Assembly: GCA_965218375.1 (NCBI GenBank)
Contig: OZ244618.1
Span: forward strand, 594,794 to 658,793
Origin: Alphaproteobacteria bacterium
GTDB taxonomy: Bacteria; Pseudomonadota; Alphaproteobacteria; G965218375
Reading direction: 5' to 3'
DNA length: 64,000 nucleotides
Below are positions 20,179-29,830 of this stretch, piece by piece (the first letter of the stretch is position 1; each line of letters begins with the position of its first letter). Position numbers and translations under genes: made by a program. The notes beneath the pieces are model-generated. The model did not search any database. It was not told where the DNA came from and was given only the letters and a program-made list of their open reading frames with translations.

Positions 20179-20953
20179 TAAGCCCCTGCTAACAATATCT
20201 AAATATGGCATCTTCAGAATAGGTATGGTCTCCTGCGGACTAATTGTCATCTGGCAAGCCATTGTCTGGATTACAAAAGTACCTAATTATATCTTACCGC
20301 CCCCCTCCCACGTCATGATTGCCCTGTGGGAAAACCATCAGCTGCTGTTGTACCATGGAAAATATACCACTTTAGAAATCATTTTAGGTGCCCTATGTGG
20401 TATTTCACTAGGGACATCAACGGCTCTGATTATGGTGGTCTGGAGGACATCTGAAAAGTGGATTCTTCCCCTCCTGATCATTAGCCAAACACTTCCGGTT
20501 TTTGCCATCGCGCCCATACTGGTGACATGGCTTGGATTCGGGATTTCCTCCAAAATATCGGTGACAACATTAATCGTATTTTTTCCGGTCACAGTTGCCA
20601 TTTATACTAGCCTTAAAACCACCCCCTCGGCCCTCGTTGACCAAGTAAAAATTATGACAGGAAACCCCCCTCTCAAAGACTGGAGAGGCCTATTTTATGT
20701 CATCTTTCCTGCCGGGTTACCCCCTATCGGGGCGGGCGTTAAAACAGCGATTACGGTTGCACCTATCGGCGCCATCGTTGGGGAATGGGTGGGATCAAGT
20801 GCCGGACTTGGGTATCTTATCCTGATGAGCAACGCGCGCTCCCATACATCTCTGATGTTTGCGGCGGTCTTTACGCTTAGTATCATCGCGCTTATGCTGT
20901 ACGGTATTGTTAATTCAACTTTTCTCAGACTTACGTCAAATCATACTTTATGA
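20162..20953 (+). CDS. ABC transporter permease, NitT/TauT family (binding-protein-dependent inner-membrane component).
   Basis: Six-TM permease with an EAA-like loop region. Overlaps the ATPase gene. Confidence 0.75.
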   Translation: MTPQVNKPLLTISKYGIFRIGMVSCGLIVIWQAIVWITKVPNYILPPPSHVMIALWENHQLLLYHGKYTTLEIILGALCGISLGTSTALIMVVWRTSEKWILPLLIISQTLPVFAIAPILVTWLGFGISSKISVTTLIVFFPVTVAIYTSLKTTPSALVDQVKIMTGNPPLKDWRGLFYVIFPAGLPPIGAGVKTAITVAPIGAIVGEWVGSSAGLGYLILMSNARSHTSLMFAAVFTLSIIALMLYGIVNSTFLRLTSNHTL

Positions 20954-21018
20954 TAAGATCCTAAGTGTAATCTACCACAAAAGAATACCCTCAATTATCA
21001 ACGAGAAAGAAAATCATA

Positions 21019-21975
21019 ATGTCCTATACACCCCATAAGACTTTCCCTTGGATACTCATGCTTATCCTGTTTAGTTTTGCCCACACACCCGTATATGCAC
21101 AAGAAAAAATAACGGTTCTATTGGACTGGTTCATAAACCCAGACCATGGCCCTCTGATCATTGCCCAAGAGAGCGGTATTTTTGCCCAAAATGGCCTCGA
21201 CGTAAAAATGATAGAACCAGCAGACCCCAGCATGCCTCCCAAACTTGTTGCTGCTGGACAAGCTGAGGTTGCCATTAGTTACCAACCATACCTGTACATA
21301 TACGCAGATCAAGGGCTGCCAATCATTAGATTTGCAACACTCATTGCAACACCTCTCAACAGCTTAGTGGTGCTCGACAATGGTAAGATCAAATCCCTCA
21401 GTGACCTTAAAGGGAAAACCGTTGGGTTTAGTATCGGTGGATTCGAGGACGTCATTCTAGGGACAATGCTAAGAACAGCTGGTATGTCCCTTGACGATGT
21501 CACCCTTATTAATGTGAACTATGCCCTCTCAGTGTCACTCATGTCAGGCAATGTTGATGCAATTATGGGCGCATACCGCAACTTTGAACTTAATGAACTC
21601 AATCTCCACAACCACAAAGGACGGGCTTTTTACCCTGAGGAATATGGCGTTCCCCCTTATGATGAGCTCATTTTGATCACCCACACAAATCTTAAAAACG
21701 ATCCACGATTACAGAAACTTACCCGTTCACTCGAACAGGCCGTCCAGAAAATTATCAACTATCCCCAAGAGACCTGGGAAATATTTTCAAAAGCAAAACC
21801 TGGACTTGATAGTGACCTGAATCGCCTTGCATGGAAAGATACTCTCCCGCGATTCGCCCTCCGCCCGGGAAGCAACGATACCGCTCGCTACCAAAGGTTT
21901 GGGGACTATCTCCTAGAAAATAAGTTGATAAAAAACATGAAACCTGTTCAGGAGTACTCAACAGAACCTCAATAA
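21019..21975 (+). CDS. Periplasmic substrate-binding protein, NMT1/THI5-like (SsuA/ThiY-type).
   Basis: Signal peptide and 318 aa. Last gene of the ATPase-permease-SBP operon. Confidence 0.65.
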   Translation: MSYTPHKTFPWILMLILFSFAHTPVYAQEKITVLLDWFINPDHGPLIIAQESGIFAQNGLDVKMIEPADPSMPPKLVAAGQAEVAISYQPYLYIYADQGLPIIRFATLIATPLNSLVVLDNGKIKSLSDLKGKTVGFSIGGFEDVILGTMLRTAGMSLDDVTLINVNYALSVSLMSGNVDAIMGAYRNFELNELNLHNHKGRAFYPEEYGVPPYDELILITHTNLKNDPRLQKLTRSLEQAVQKIINYPQETWEIFSKAKPGLDSDLNRLAWKDTLPRFALRPGSNDTARYQRFGDYLLENKLIKNMKPVQEYSTEPQ

Positions 21976-22251
21976 AACATAAAAATAAACCTGTCGCTTG
22001 GATAGCCAAAATATGTTAAGTTGAGATTAAAAAAATCTAAATATTTTCTTTTTTTTCTATGAAAAACTAAAATGCTGTGATTAAATAATTTTTAATGTTG
22101 ACATCAACAAGAGTGTATTCTCAAGGTACTAGATTTATAACTATTCTAGAATTTCTTTCAATATTCGCTAAATTAATGTTTAACTCTTAAAAAAAAAAAC
22201 TCTATAGTGCTAGTAATCAATCGTCTAATTTTCAAGTTAAGAGATAAGATT

Positions 22252-22773
22252 ATGTTACATTTAGCAGTCTCGGCAATAACTCTCAGCATCTTTTGGCTGC
22301 TGCTTGCAGGTGTTTACTCTCCCCTAGTTCTGAGCTTAGGATTCGTAAGTATTTCTTTGACGGTATTCCTGATTTATCGCATGAATATCGTCACTTACCA
22401 TACGGTACCGCTGCACCTAAGCTGGAACATACCTCTCTATTGGTATTGGCTTATTAAGGAAATTATAAAGTCCAACATAAGTGTGATAAAATTAATTTGG
22501 ACACCCAAACTCTCCTTGCAACCAACCTTACTCTCTAAAAAAACCTATTTGAAGACCGACCTTGCTCGGGTAATATATGCTAATTCTATTACACTAACGC
22601 CAGGGTCAATAACTATTAGTCTTAATGAAAATGGTAAGTTAGAAATCCATACATTGATGCGAGAGACGGCTGAAGACCTCAAAAATAGTTCTATGGAAAA
22701 CGTCATTGCCAAGATGGGTCTTGATACGCCGTACCAAATACACCCTCCACGTTCAATAAAGGATGCGTCATGA
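22252..22773 (+). CDS. mrpE: Mrp/Mnh/Pha-type cation/proton antiporter subunit E. The track ORF starts at GTG 22207; the ATG at 22252, which has an upstream RBS, is preferred.
   Basis: Two N-terminal TM helices (FWLLLAGVYS…) and the MrpE motif ANSITLTPGSITISL. Confidence 0.7.
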   Translation: MLHLAVSAITLSIFWLLLAGVYSPLVLSLGFVSISLTVFLIYRMNIVTYHTVPLHLSWNIPLYWYWLIKEIIKSNISVIKLIWTPKLSLQPTLLSKKTYLKTDLARVIYANSITLTPGSITISLNENGKLEIHTLMRETAEDLKNSSMENVIAKMGLDTPYQIHPPRSIKDAS

Positions 22774-23060
22774 ATATGTTTGTTGTCGCCCTCTCCGCAA
22801 TTCTCATAACTATTGCGCTGATTACAATCCGCCTTTTTTTGGGACCGACTGTTTATGATCGATTATTAGCTGCCAATGCATTAGGAACAAAAGTTGTGCT
22901 TCTGATTTGTACATTTGGTTTTTTAACTGGCCGGCCTGACTTTCTTGACCTTGCGCTTATTTATGTCCTAATTAACCTTACCAGTACCCTTGCGGTGGTT
23001 AAATTCTTTGAATTTGATTACAAGTCTTCATCATCTAAACATCTTAAGAATAGCGGTTAA
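22770..23060 (+). CDS. mrpF: Mrp antiporter subunit F.
   Basis: 96 aa with a GPTVYDRLLAANALGTKVVLL…DLALIYVLINLTSTLAVVKF pattern matching MrpF/PhaF. Confidence 0.8.
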   Translation: MNMFVVALSAILITIALITIRLFLGPTVYDRLLAANALGTKVVLLICTFGFLTGRPDFLDLALIYVLINLTSTLAVVKFFEFDYKSSSSKHLKNSG

Positions 23061-23061
23061 T

Positions 23062-23388
23062 GTGATTATATTCATCGATCTTATAAGTTGGGCACTGATC
23101 ATTCTTGGAAGTTTTGTACTTCTAAGCAGCGGCGTTGGTCTGCTCCGTTTTCCTGACTTCTACACCCGCACCCACGCAACAAGCCTGATTGATACCCTAG
23201 GTGCAGGGTCGCTTCTTCTTGCTTTGTGCTTACAAGCAGGTTTTTCACTTGTTACACTCAAGCTTTTGTTTATTTTGATATTTTTGTTATTCACAAGTCC
23301 AGCAATCAACCATGCTCTTGTTAAAATAGCTTCTATTAATAACCTTAAGCCTCTAATTAAGCACAAGATTAAAGGTAAGAAAGAATAA
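23062..23388 (+). CDS. mrpG: Mrp antiporter subunit G. The GTG start at 23062 lies 2 nt after the mrpF stop; the track ORF begins earlier at 22990.
   Basis: ILGSFVLLSSGVGLLRFPDFYTRTHATSLIDTLG matches the MrpG/PhaG motif G-x-G-L-x-R-x-P-D…R-x-H-A. Confidence 0.75.
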   Translation: MIIFIDLISWALIILGSFVLLSSGVGLLRFPDFYTRTHATSLIDTLGAGSLLLALCLQAGFSLVTLKLLFILIFLLFTSPAINHALVKIASINNLKPLIKHKIKGKKE

Positions 23389-23981
23389 TGGAAATCATCA
23401 CCAACATTACGCTGCTTACTCTCCTTCTTGTTGTCGCCACAGCTATTATATTTACATCAAATCTGATTCTGATGACCATATTTAGTGGGGTTTTCTCATT
23501 GATTATGGCAAGCTTGTTTGTCATTATGGATGCCGTCGATGTTGCCCTTACTGAATCAGCTGTTGGTGCGGGCATATCAACATTACTGTTACTTGCAACC
23601 ATTCGTCTTGTGGGCACCGTACAAAAACAAAAAAAGCGATTGTTTATATTGCCCTTGGTCTCTGTTCTCTTCTCTGGTACTTTCTTGCTCGTGGTCACTT
23701 TTGGTATGCCCCCATACGCAGATCCAGAAGCGCCGGTTCACCAACATGTCGTGCCCAGATACCTGAAAGAGAGTCCTCGAGAAGTGGCGCCAATTCCCAA
23801 CGTGGTTACTACGATCCTAACAAGTTATCGAGGTTTTGATACAATGGGAGAAGTCGTTGTTATCTTCACAGCAGGTGTCGGCGTCCTGATGTTGCTGGGG
23901 GGCAGGCGCCGCAAGGTGAAATCGCCCCAAGAGAATCCTGGCCAGGACAACGCACTCCCTCAACAAAAGGAAAACGACTAA
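23388..23981 (+). CDS. MrpA C-terminal-domain-like protein (DUF4040 plus MnhB-related domain), stand-alone.
   Basis: N-terminal MDAVDVALTESAVGAGIST (DUF4040-like) and C-terminal NVVTTILTSYRGFDTMGEVVVIFTAGVG (the MnhB-domain motif normally found at the C-terminus of MrpA). Confidence 0.65.
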   Translation: MEIITNITLLTLLLVVATAIIFTSNLILMTIFSGVFSLIMASLFVIMDAVDVALTESAVGAGISTLLLLATIRLVGTVQKQKKRLFILPLVSVLFSGTFLLVVTFGMPPYADPEAPVHQHVVPRYLKESPREVAPIPNVVTTILTSYRGFDTMGEVVVIFTAGVGVLMLLGGRRRKVKSPQENPGQDNALPQQKEND

Positions 23982-24403
23982 TGGGTCACCATGTTATCCT
24001 TAAAATAATCGCAAAATTTCTCATTCCTTATATTCTTACATTTTCCCTTTATGTCCAGTTTTTGGGTGAATATGGTCCTGGGGGAGGGTTTCAAGCTGGG
24101 CTTATTTTTGCTGCAGGGATTATCATATATGCGCTTATTTACGGCACGGAGGCAGCTCAAAAAATCATCCCCATGGAATGGATAGAAAAACTGATGCCCG
24201 TGGGCGCCCTAATTTTTATTGGTACAGGGTATGTATGTATGGCCTTTGGCGGCAACTTTCTTGATTATGACTATCTTATTTTTCTCAATGATTCTGCGTT
24301 AGCGCAAACCTGTGGGATTATCACTGTTGAACTAGGCGTGGGCATTACGGTAACCGCCACAATGCTCATAATTTTTTATACTTTTACAGAACAAGAGCCG
24401 TGA
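23981..24403 (+). CDS. mrpB: Mrp antiporter subunit B.
   Basis: Carries the GEYGPGGGFQAGLIFAAG signature (PGGGFQGG). Confidence 0.8.
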   Translation: MGHHVILKIIAKFLIPYILTFSLYVQFLGEYGPGGGFQAGLIFAAGIIIYALIYGTEAAQKIIPMEWIEKLMPVGALIFIGTGYVCMAFGGNFLDYDYLIFLNDSALAQTCGIITVELGVGITVTATMLIIFYTFTEQEP

Positions 24404-24813
24404 TGCACCATATAACCGAATATTATAATTATTGGATTGTGATGCTTTTGCTGATAATCAGCCTTTATGGAATAATTTCCCAAGAGAATTTAGTCAAAAA
24501 GCTTGCTGCCCTGAGTATTTTCCAAGCAGCTGTCTTTCTATTGTACATCTCTATAGGTAACGTGAAGGGCGGCACGAGTCCAATTCTTAAGTACGAAATA
24601 ACAAAAGCCCTTGCTGCTGGTGGTGATGATCCAACCCTATACTCGAACCCTTTACCTCACGTCTTAATTCTAACCGCAATTGTCGTGGGCATCTCGACCC
24701 TTGCTCTCGGACTTGCGTTAGTGATTAGAATCAAAAAAGAGTTCGGTACAATAGAAGAAAACGAAATTCTCGCTCAAGAACAAGATAAGACTATTTCCAA
24801 TACTCAAGTTTAA
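24400..24813 (+). CDS. mrpC: Mrp antiporter subunit C (NuoK-like).
   Basis: ENLVKKLAALSIFQAAVFLLYISIG. The N-terminal half, about 70 aa, is a hydrophobic NuoK/MrpC-like region. Confidence 0.75.
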   Translation: MMHHITEYYNYWIVMLLLIISLYGIISQENLVKKLAALSIFQAAVFLLYISIGNVKGGTSPILKYEITKALAAGGDDPTLYSNPLPHVLILTAIVVGISTLALGLALVIRIKKEFGTIEENEILAQEQDKTISNTQV

Positions 24814-24827
24814 AAAGTGCGTAAATA

Positions 24828-26312
24828 ATGACAATGCATTTCCCAATTCTCACCATCGTAATTCCCCTGATAAGCGCACCTATTATCGCTCTGATAAAAC
24901 ATAAAGATATTGCATGGCTTATTGCTCTGATAACGACTGCACTCTCCTTTATCATAAGCGTTGCCTTGCTACAGATGGTCGCAACCTCCACGTACATTTC
25001 CTATGATTTAGGGGGATGGGAACCTCCGTGGGGTATTGAATACAAAATTGATTTATTTAATGGCTTTATGCTTTGCCTCATTAGTGGGATTGGGATGATA
25101 TGTACCCTTTACGCTAAAGAGAGTATTAAACATGAAATAGAAGAGCATAATCAAAGTCTATTTTATACCATGTTCTTACTGGTTATCTCCAGCCTTATGG
25201 GAATCGCTGCCACGGGGGACTTGTTTAATGCCTTCGTCTTTTTAGAGGTCTCTAGTCTATCCACCTATACCCTTGTTGCTTTGGGGAGCCATAAAAAAGC
25301 CCTCCTTGCAAGCTACCAATACCTTATTATTGGCACAGTTGGCGCAACGTTCTATCTTATTGGAGTTGGTCTGCTCTATCAGATGACAGGAACCTTAAAT
25401 ATTGCCGACCTAGCAGAGCGCGTTCGCCCAATTGAAACCACGTTACCGATTATTGCTGCATTTGGATTTATCACCATTGGTCTGTTGCTCAAAATCGCCA
25501 TTTTCCCCCTTCATCAGTGGTTACCGAACGTATATACCTATGCGCCAATGGTGGTGACAGCCTTACTCTCCGCAACGGCGACTAAAGTCAGTATTTACTT
25601 ACTTATTCGCATCATCCTCAGTCTTTTTGGATCAAAATATACCTTTGACGTTATATCATTCAACTTAATTTTAGGTATACTTGGTTTCATCGGTATCTTT
25701 ACCTGTTCATTGGTGGCCATTTTCCAAACAAACCTCAAGCGCCTTTTGGCCTATTCATCCGTTGCACAAATAGGGTATATTATCGTTGGATTAAGCTTTG
25801 TCTCTAATACTGGCCTTACGGCTGGATTTGTTCACCTTATGAATCATGCGGTGATAAAGTGTGCCCTCTTCCTCGGAATTGGTATTATATTTTATCGCTT
25901 CTCTTCCGTTGACCAAAAAGCCCTTCATGGCTTAGGCAAGCGTATGCCCTGGTTGGCGTTCGCAATTGTTATTGGGGGACTCTCCCTGATTGGTGTCCCG
26001 TTGACGGCTGGTTTTGTTAGTAAATGGTATCTTATTCAAGCCGCCCTTGAAAATAATACCTGGTATTTTGCCGTGGCAATCCTCCTATCAAGCCTGATTA
26101 CAGTTATCTATGTTTGGCGCATCATTGAGGTCATGTATTTTGAACCGAAAGATCAAGAAAATATTATTGACAGTCAAAAAGCAATTCCGCTCACCATGTG
26201 GCTCCCCATGTTGGTGCTGACGAGCTTATGTATTTTATTAGGTGTATTTACAGATTTTACCTTAGAAATTGCAAAATCTGCAACTTTAAGCTTACCCTCA
26301 ATATGGTATTAA
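24828..26312 (+). CDS. mrpD: Mrp antiporter subunit D (NuoN/NuoM-like proton-pumping subunit).
   Basis: 494 aa and 14-TM-like. Contains the NDH-1/Mrp antiporter-like core (…LHQWLPNVYTYAPMVVTALLSATATKVSIY…). Confidence 0.8.
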   Translation: MTMHFPILTIVIPLISAPIIALIKHKDIAWLIALITTALSFIISVALLQMVATSTYISYDLGGWEPPWGIEYKIDLFNGFMLCLISGIGMICTLYAKESIKHEIEEHNQSLFYTMFLLVISSLMGIAATGDLFNAFVFLEVSSLSTYTLVALGSHKKALLASYQYLIIGTVGATFYLIGVGLLYQMTGTLNIADLAERVRPIETTLPIIAAFGFITIGLLLKIAIFPLHQWLPNVYTYAPMVVTALLSATATKVSIYLLIRIILSLFGSKYTFDVISFNLILGILGFIGIFTCSLVAIFQTNLKRLLAYSSVAQIGYIIVGLSFVSNTGLTAGFVHLMNHAVIKCALFLGIGIIFYRFSSVDQKALHGLGKRMPWLAFAIVIGGLSLIGVPLTAGFVSKWYLIQAALENNTWYFAVAILLSSLITVIYVWRIIEVMYFEPKDQENIIDSQKAIPLTMWLPMLVLTSLCILLGVFTDFTLEIAKSATLSLPSIWY

Positions 26313-26324
26313 GAGGAAGAAACA

Positions 26325-27818
26325 GTGATGAATACGTTTGAATTCCTTTCCAATAACATTGTTACCTTAGCCATATTACTTCCGTTTGTGTGCGCGGCCT
26401 TGTTACCATTGTGCCATAGGGCACCGAACGTAAGAGAAGCCCTGACTTACACCATTTCGCTTCTCACGGCGTTTGTTATCTATACAAAAATGCTCCCTCC
26501 TGTCTTAAACGGAGCGACTCCCAGAACATATATTGGTGAAATCATGCCGATGCTTGATATTGTATTCTGGATAGAGCCTCTTGGTATGGTGTTCGGGTGC
26601 GTTGTCGCCTTGTTATGGCCGATTGCCAGCCTATATAACCAAGGGTACATGCGTACAAACAATGAAAAAAGACAAACGACTTTTGCCGTATGCTTTGCGT
26701 TAAGTATTGGAAGCGCCCTTGGTATTGCCTTTGCGGGCAACTTATTTACCCTTTTCATTTTCTATGAATTGCTCACCTTGTGCACCTACCCCCTAGTGAC
26801 CCACGCAGGGACAGCTGACGCCCGAGCAGGGGGACGGACGTATATTGGTATCTTACTCTCAACCAGTATCCTCTTCCTGATGTTTGCAATTATTTGGACC
26901 TACCTTATTGCTGGTCATGGGGATTTCTCCATAGGTCACGAACAGGGATCAATTCTTAATAATAAACTCGCGGCATTCCCACTTGGTGCGCTCTTATTTT
27001 TATTCATGTATGGTATTGGAAAAGCTGCTTTACTTCCCTTTCACTCTTGGCTCCCCGCCGCTATGGTTGCCCCCACGCCTGTATCGGCGCTTTTACACGC
27101 TGTAGCCGTGGTTAAAGCGGGTGTCTTCTGTGTGGTCAAGGTTATTGTCTATGTTTTCGGCATTGATACCCTGCAAAGGATCACAACAGATACTTGGCTT
27201 GTGTATGCGGCAGGTATTAGTATTATTATCGCCTCGCTGATGGCACTAAAACAAGACAATCTCAAGAAAAGATTGGCATATTCAACTGTCTCACAACTCA
27301 GTTACGTCACGATGGCGGCGGCTATTGCCAGTCCTCTGGCCATCATAGGTGCAACTGTCCATATTGTTGCCCACGCCTTTGGGAAAATTACCCTGTTTTT
27401 TGTTGCCGGCAGCATTTATACCGCCTCTAAGAAAAAATATATCTCAGAACTTGATGGAATTGGTCGGTATATGCCTTGGACAATGGGCGCCTTTACCATC
27501 GGTGCCCTATCGATGATTGGTCTGCCGCCTTTGGTTGGTTTTACATCTAAATGGTATATTATTGAGGGCGCCTTCCAAGCAGAATCCTACTTCCCCCTTG
27601 CTGTTATATTTTTAAGCACACTTCTGAATGCCGCTTATTTTATCCCTATTATTTTCGCTGCATTTTTCAAACCGGTACCAGATACGACCCCTGATTCCGC
27701 CCATGGCGAAGCTCCCTTAGCGATTGTGACCGCTCTGTCCATAACGGCTGGCTTAACGCTTCTGACTTTTTTCGCCCCTAATACAGTCTTAGCCTTAGCG
27801 CATCAATTAGTAGAGTAG
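26325..27818 (+). CDS. Second MrpD/NuoM-like antiporter subunit.
   Basis: 497 aa with …FHSWLPAAMVAPTPVSALLHAVAVVKAGVF…, the conserved HSWLPDAM…PTPVSALLHAATMV-type motif of NuoL/M/N-family subunits. Confidence 0.75.
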   Translation: MMNTFEFLSNNIVTLAILLPFVCAALLPLCHRAPNVREALTYTISLLTAFVIYTKMLPPVLNGATPRTYIGEIMPMLDIVFWIEPLGMVFGCVVALLWPIASLYNQGYMRTNNEKRQTTFAVCFALSIGSALGIAFAGNLFTLFIFYELLTLCTYPLVTHAGTADARAGGRTYIGILLSTSILFLMFAIIWTYLIAGHGDFSIGHEQGSILNNKLAAFPLGALLFLFMYGIGKAALLPFHSWLPAAMVAPTPVSALLHAVAVVKAGVFCVVKVIVYVFGIDTLQRITTDTWLVYAAGISIIIASLMALKQDNLKKRLAYSTVSQLSYVTMAAAIASPLAIIGATVHIVAHAFGKITLFFVAGSIYTASKKKYISELDGIGRYMPWTMGAFTIGALSMIGLPPLVGFTSKWYIIEGAFQAESYFPLAVIFLSTLLNAAYFIPIIFAAFFKPVPDTTPDSAHGEAPLAIVTALSITAGLTLLTFFAPNTVLALAHQLVE

Positions 27819-27826
27819 TTTAAAAT

Positions 27827-28036
27827 ATGATCAATAAACCTTTGTATCTGTTTATGTATCTTCTTTTTAGTACCTTGGTGTTTACTGAGCTTACACATCA
27901 TAGGCATGAATACTTTAGTTTTGCTGAAGTATTCGGATTCTATGGGGTGATGGGTTTTGGATCATTACTCGTTTTCATGACCCTCGCATACATCATTAAA
28001 CTTTTTCTCTGTCATAATGGAAATGACCATGATTAG
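27827..28036 (+). CDS. Small hydrophobic protein inside the Mrp-like operon. Possibly a genuine small subunit, possibly spurious.
   Basis: 69 aa with two predicted TM helices. Sits in the 9-nt gap context between two large subunits and overlaps the next gene by 20 nt. Confidence 0.3.
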   Translation: MINKPLYLFMYLLFSTLVFTELTHHRHEYFSFAEVFGFYGVMGFGSLLVFMTLAYIIKLFLCHNGNDHD

Positions 28037-29750
28037 TATCGCTCCTGCCTTACCTCTCTTTATTGGAGGCATTGTTCTCGCGTTTAGCCATACAAGCTTT
28101 TTGCGTAGCCTCAATGGGTCACATATAACCTTTGTGCGCTTGGGAACTATTATTGTGGCACCACTTTTGGCGTTCATACTTATAGTCACTCTTCATGGTC
28201 ACTCCTTTGAGGCATGGTCCTTTATGGGTAAAACCATTACCCCGACTCAAGAGCCTCCTCACCATACTCTGATTGGCAGCATCTTCATATTTATATGTGG
28301 TTTAGGAGGCATATTTGCCCTAAAAAGTAACAATAAATGGGAACTGCCAAGCGCTTTCTTCTATGGCGGAAGTGCCGTCGCGGTCATCATGAGTGGCGAC
28401 TGGATTATGCTGCTGATATTCTGGGAAATTATGGCAATTGCAAGTACCATACTTATTTGGTGTGGCAATCAAAAAAACAGTTATACAGCCAGTTTACGTT
28501 ATTTATATATGCACCTTTTTGGGGGAGTATGTTTAATGGCGGGCGTGGTCGCAACAGTACATACAACAGGCAGCACGACCCTTGCACCCCTAGCCCTAGA
28601 GAGTATAGGCAGTTACCTTGTACTGGCGGGTATTCTTGTGAACGTGGCCGCCCCACCTGTGAGTTTTTGGGCAGTAGACGCATATCCTGAAGCCTCTACG
28701 ACTGGTACCGTGTTCTTAAGTGCATTCACTACCAAAACCGCCGTCTTTGTCCTGTGGTTCGTCTTTCCAGGCTTGGATATTCTCGTTTGGCTTGGCCTGT
28801 ATATGGCCGTATACGGTGCCGCCTACGCACTCTTAGAAAATGATATACGCCGTATCTTAATTTATGCCTTAATCAATCAAGTGGGTTTTTTGGTGGCGGC
28901 TGTGGGCATGAATACAGAAATGACCATGAACGGCGCAATGTCCCACGCGGTCGCCCATATCCTTTATAAAAGCTTACTGTTGATGACAGCAGGTGCGGTC
29001 ATACATGTCACGGGCAAGCGCCTCATGACTGACCTTGGGGGACTGTACAAGTCCATGCCGTTTGTCACAACGATTGCGATCATTGCCATGCTCACAGGGG
29101 CAGCATTTCCACTTACAATTGCCTTTACGACAAAAAGCCTGATTTCTTCTGGCGCTGGTAAAGCCGGTCTTGAATGGGTATGGATCCTTCTTACCCTAAC
29201 GGGGGCGGGAATCTATATCAGCTCAATGCTTCGCTTTGTCTATTTCACCTTTTTTCACCACACCACGAACAAATTGCCCCATAAGGCTGTCCCCATACAC
29301 ATGAAGTCTGCCATGGCAATCGGTGCCTTTGCATGTTTATATTTAGGGATTGACCCCTATGTGATTTATGAAAACTTACCCTTGGAAACCTCTTATTCCC
29401 CCTATAAGTTTGCAGCGATTATCAATCAATTGATGCTTTTAGGATTCGCAACACTTGCCTTTTTTACCTTTAAAAAGTATCTAGCGCCCCAAAAGATTTA
29501 TATTTTAGACTGGGACTGTCTGTACCGAATATTTATACCTAAAATTATGGAAACTTATCAGACGACAACTTCCCGTATCCGCCAACAAAGTCTTCAAAAC
29601 GCGCGGGTCTTTTTAAGTGATGTCACCCTGTTTATCCAACAGATAACCGGCACTCAGAGTCTGTTGGCGCGCACTTGGGGATCGGGGACAATTGTCTTGT
29701 GCGTCAGCTTGTTGCTTGGATTTATTCTCATGTACGTGATTGTGCTTTAA
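28017..29750 (+). CDS. MrpA N-terminal-like / NuoL-like antiporter subunit lacking the MrpA C-terminal MnhB domain.
   Basis: 577 aa of polytopic membrane protein with the NuoL/MrpA-like core (…WEIMAIASTILIW…, …SHAVAHILYKSLLLMTAG…). No MnhB-type C-terminal domain; that domain is encoded separately at 23388..23981. Confidence 0.7.
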   Translation: MEMTMISIAPALPLFIGGIVLAFSHTSFLRSLNGSHITFVRLGTIIVAPLLAFILIVTLHGHSFEAWSFMGKTITPTQEPPHHTLIGSIFIFICGLGGIFALKSNNKWELPSAFFYGGSAVAVIMSGDWIMLLIFWEIMAIASTILIWCGNQKNSYTASLRYLYMHLFGGVCLMAGVVATVHTTGSTTLAPLALESIGSYLVLAGILVNVAAPPVSFWAVDAYPEASTTGTVFLSAFTTKTAVFVLWFVFPGLDILVWLGLYMAVYGAAYALLENDIRRILIYALINQVGFLVAAVGMNTEMTMNGAMSHAVAHILYKSLLLMTAGAVIHVTGKRLMTDLGGLYKSMPFVTTIAIIAMLTGAAFPLTIAFTTKSLISSGAGKAGLEWVWILLTLTGAGIYISSMLRFVYFTFFHHTTNKLPHKAVPIHMKSAMAIGAFACLYLGIDPYVIYENLPLETSYSPYKFAAIINQLMLLGFATLAFFTFKKYLAPQKIYILDWDCLYRIFIPKIMETYQTTTSRIRQQSLQNARVFLSDVTLFIQQITGTQSLLARTWGSGTIVLCVSLLLGFILMYVIVL

Positions 29751-29830
29751 CCTGCTGAAGGACGCTAAAGTGCACGCTCAGGCTGGGAGGGTTCTTTGGA
29801 TAAAACTGCAAGAGGGGTTAACATCCCCCC

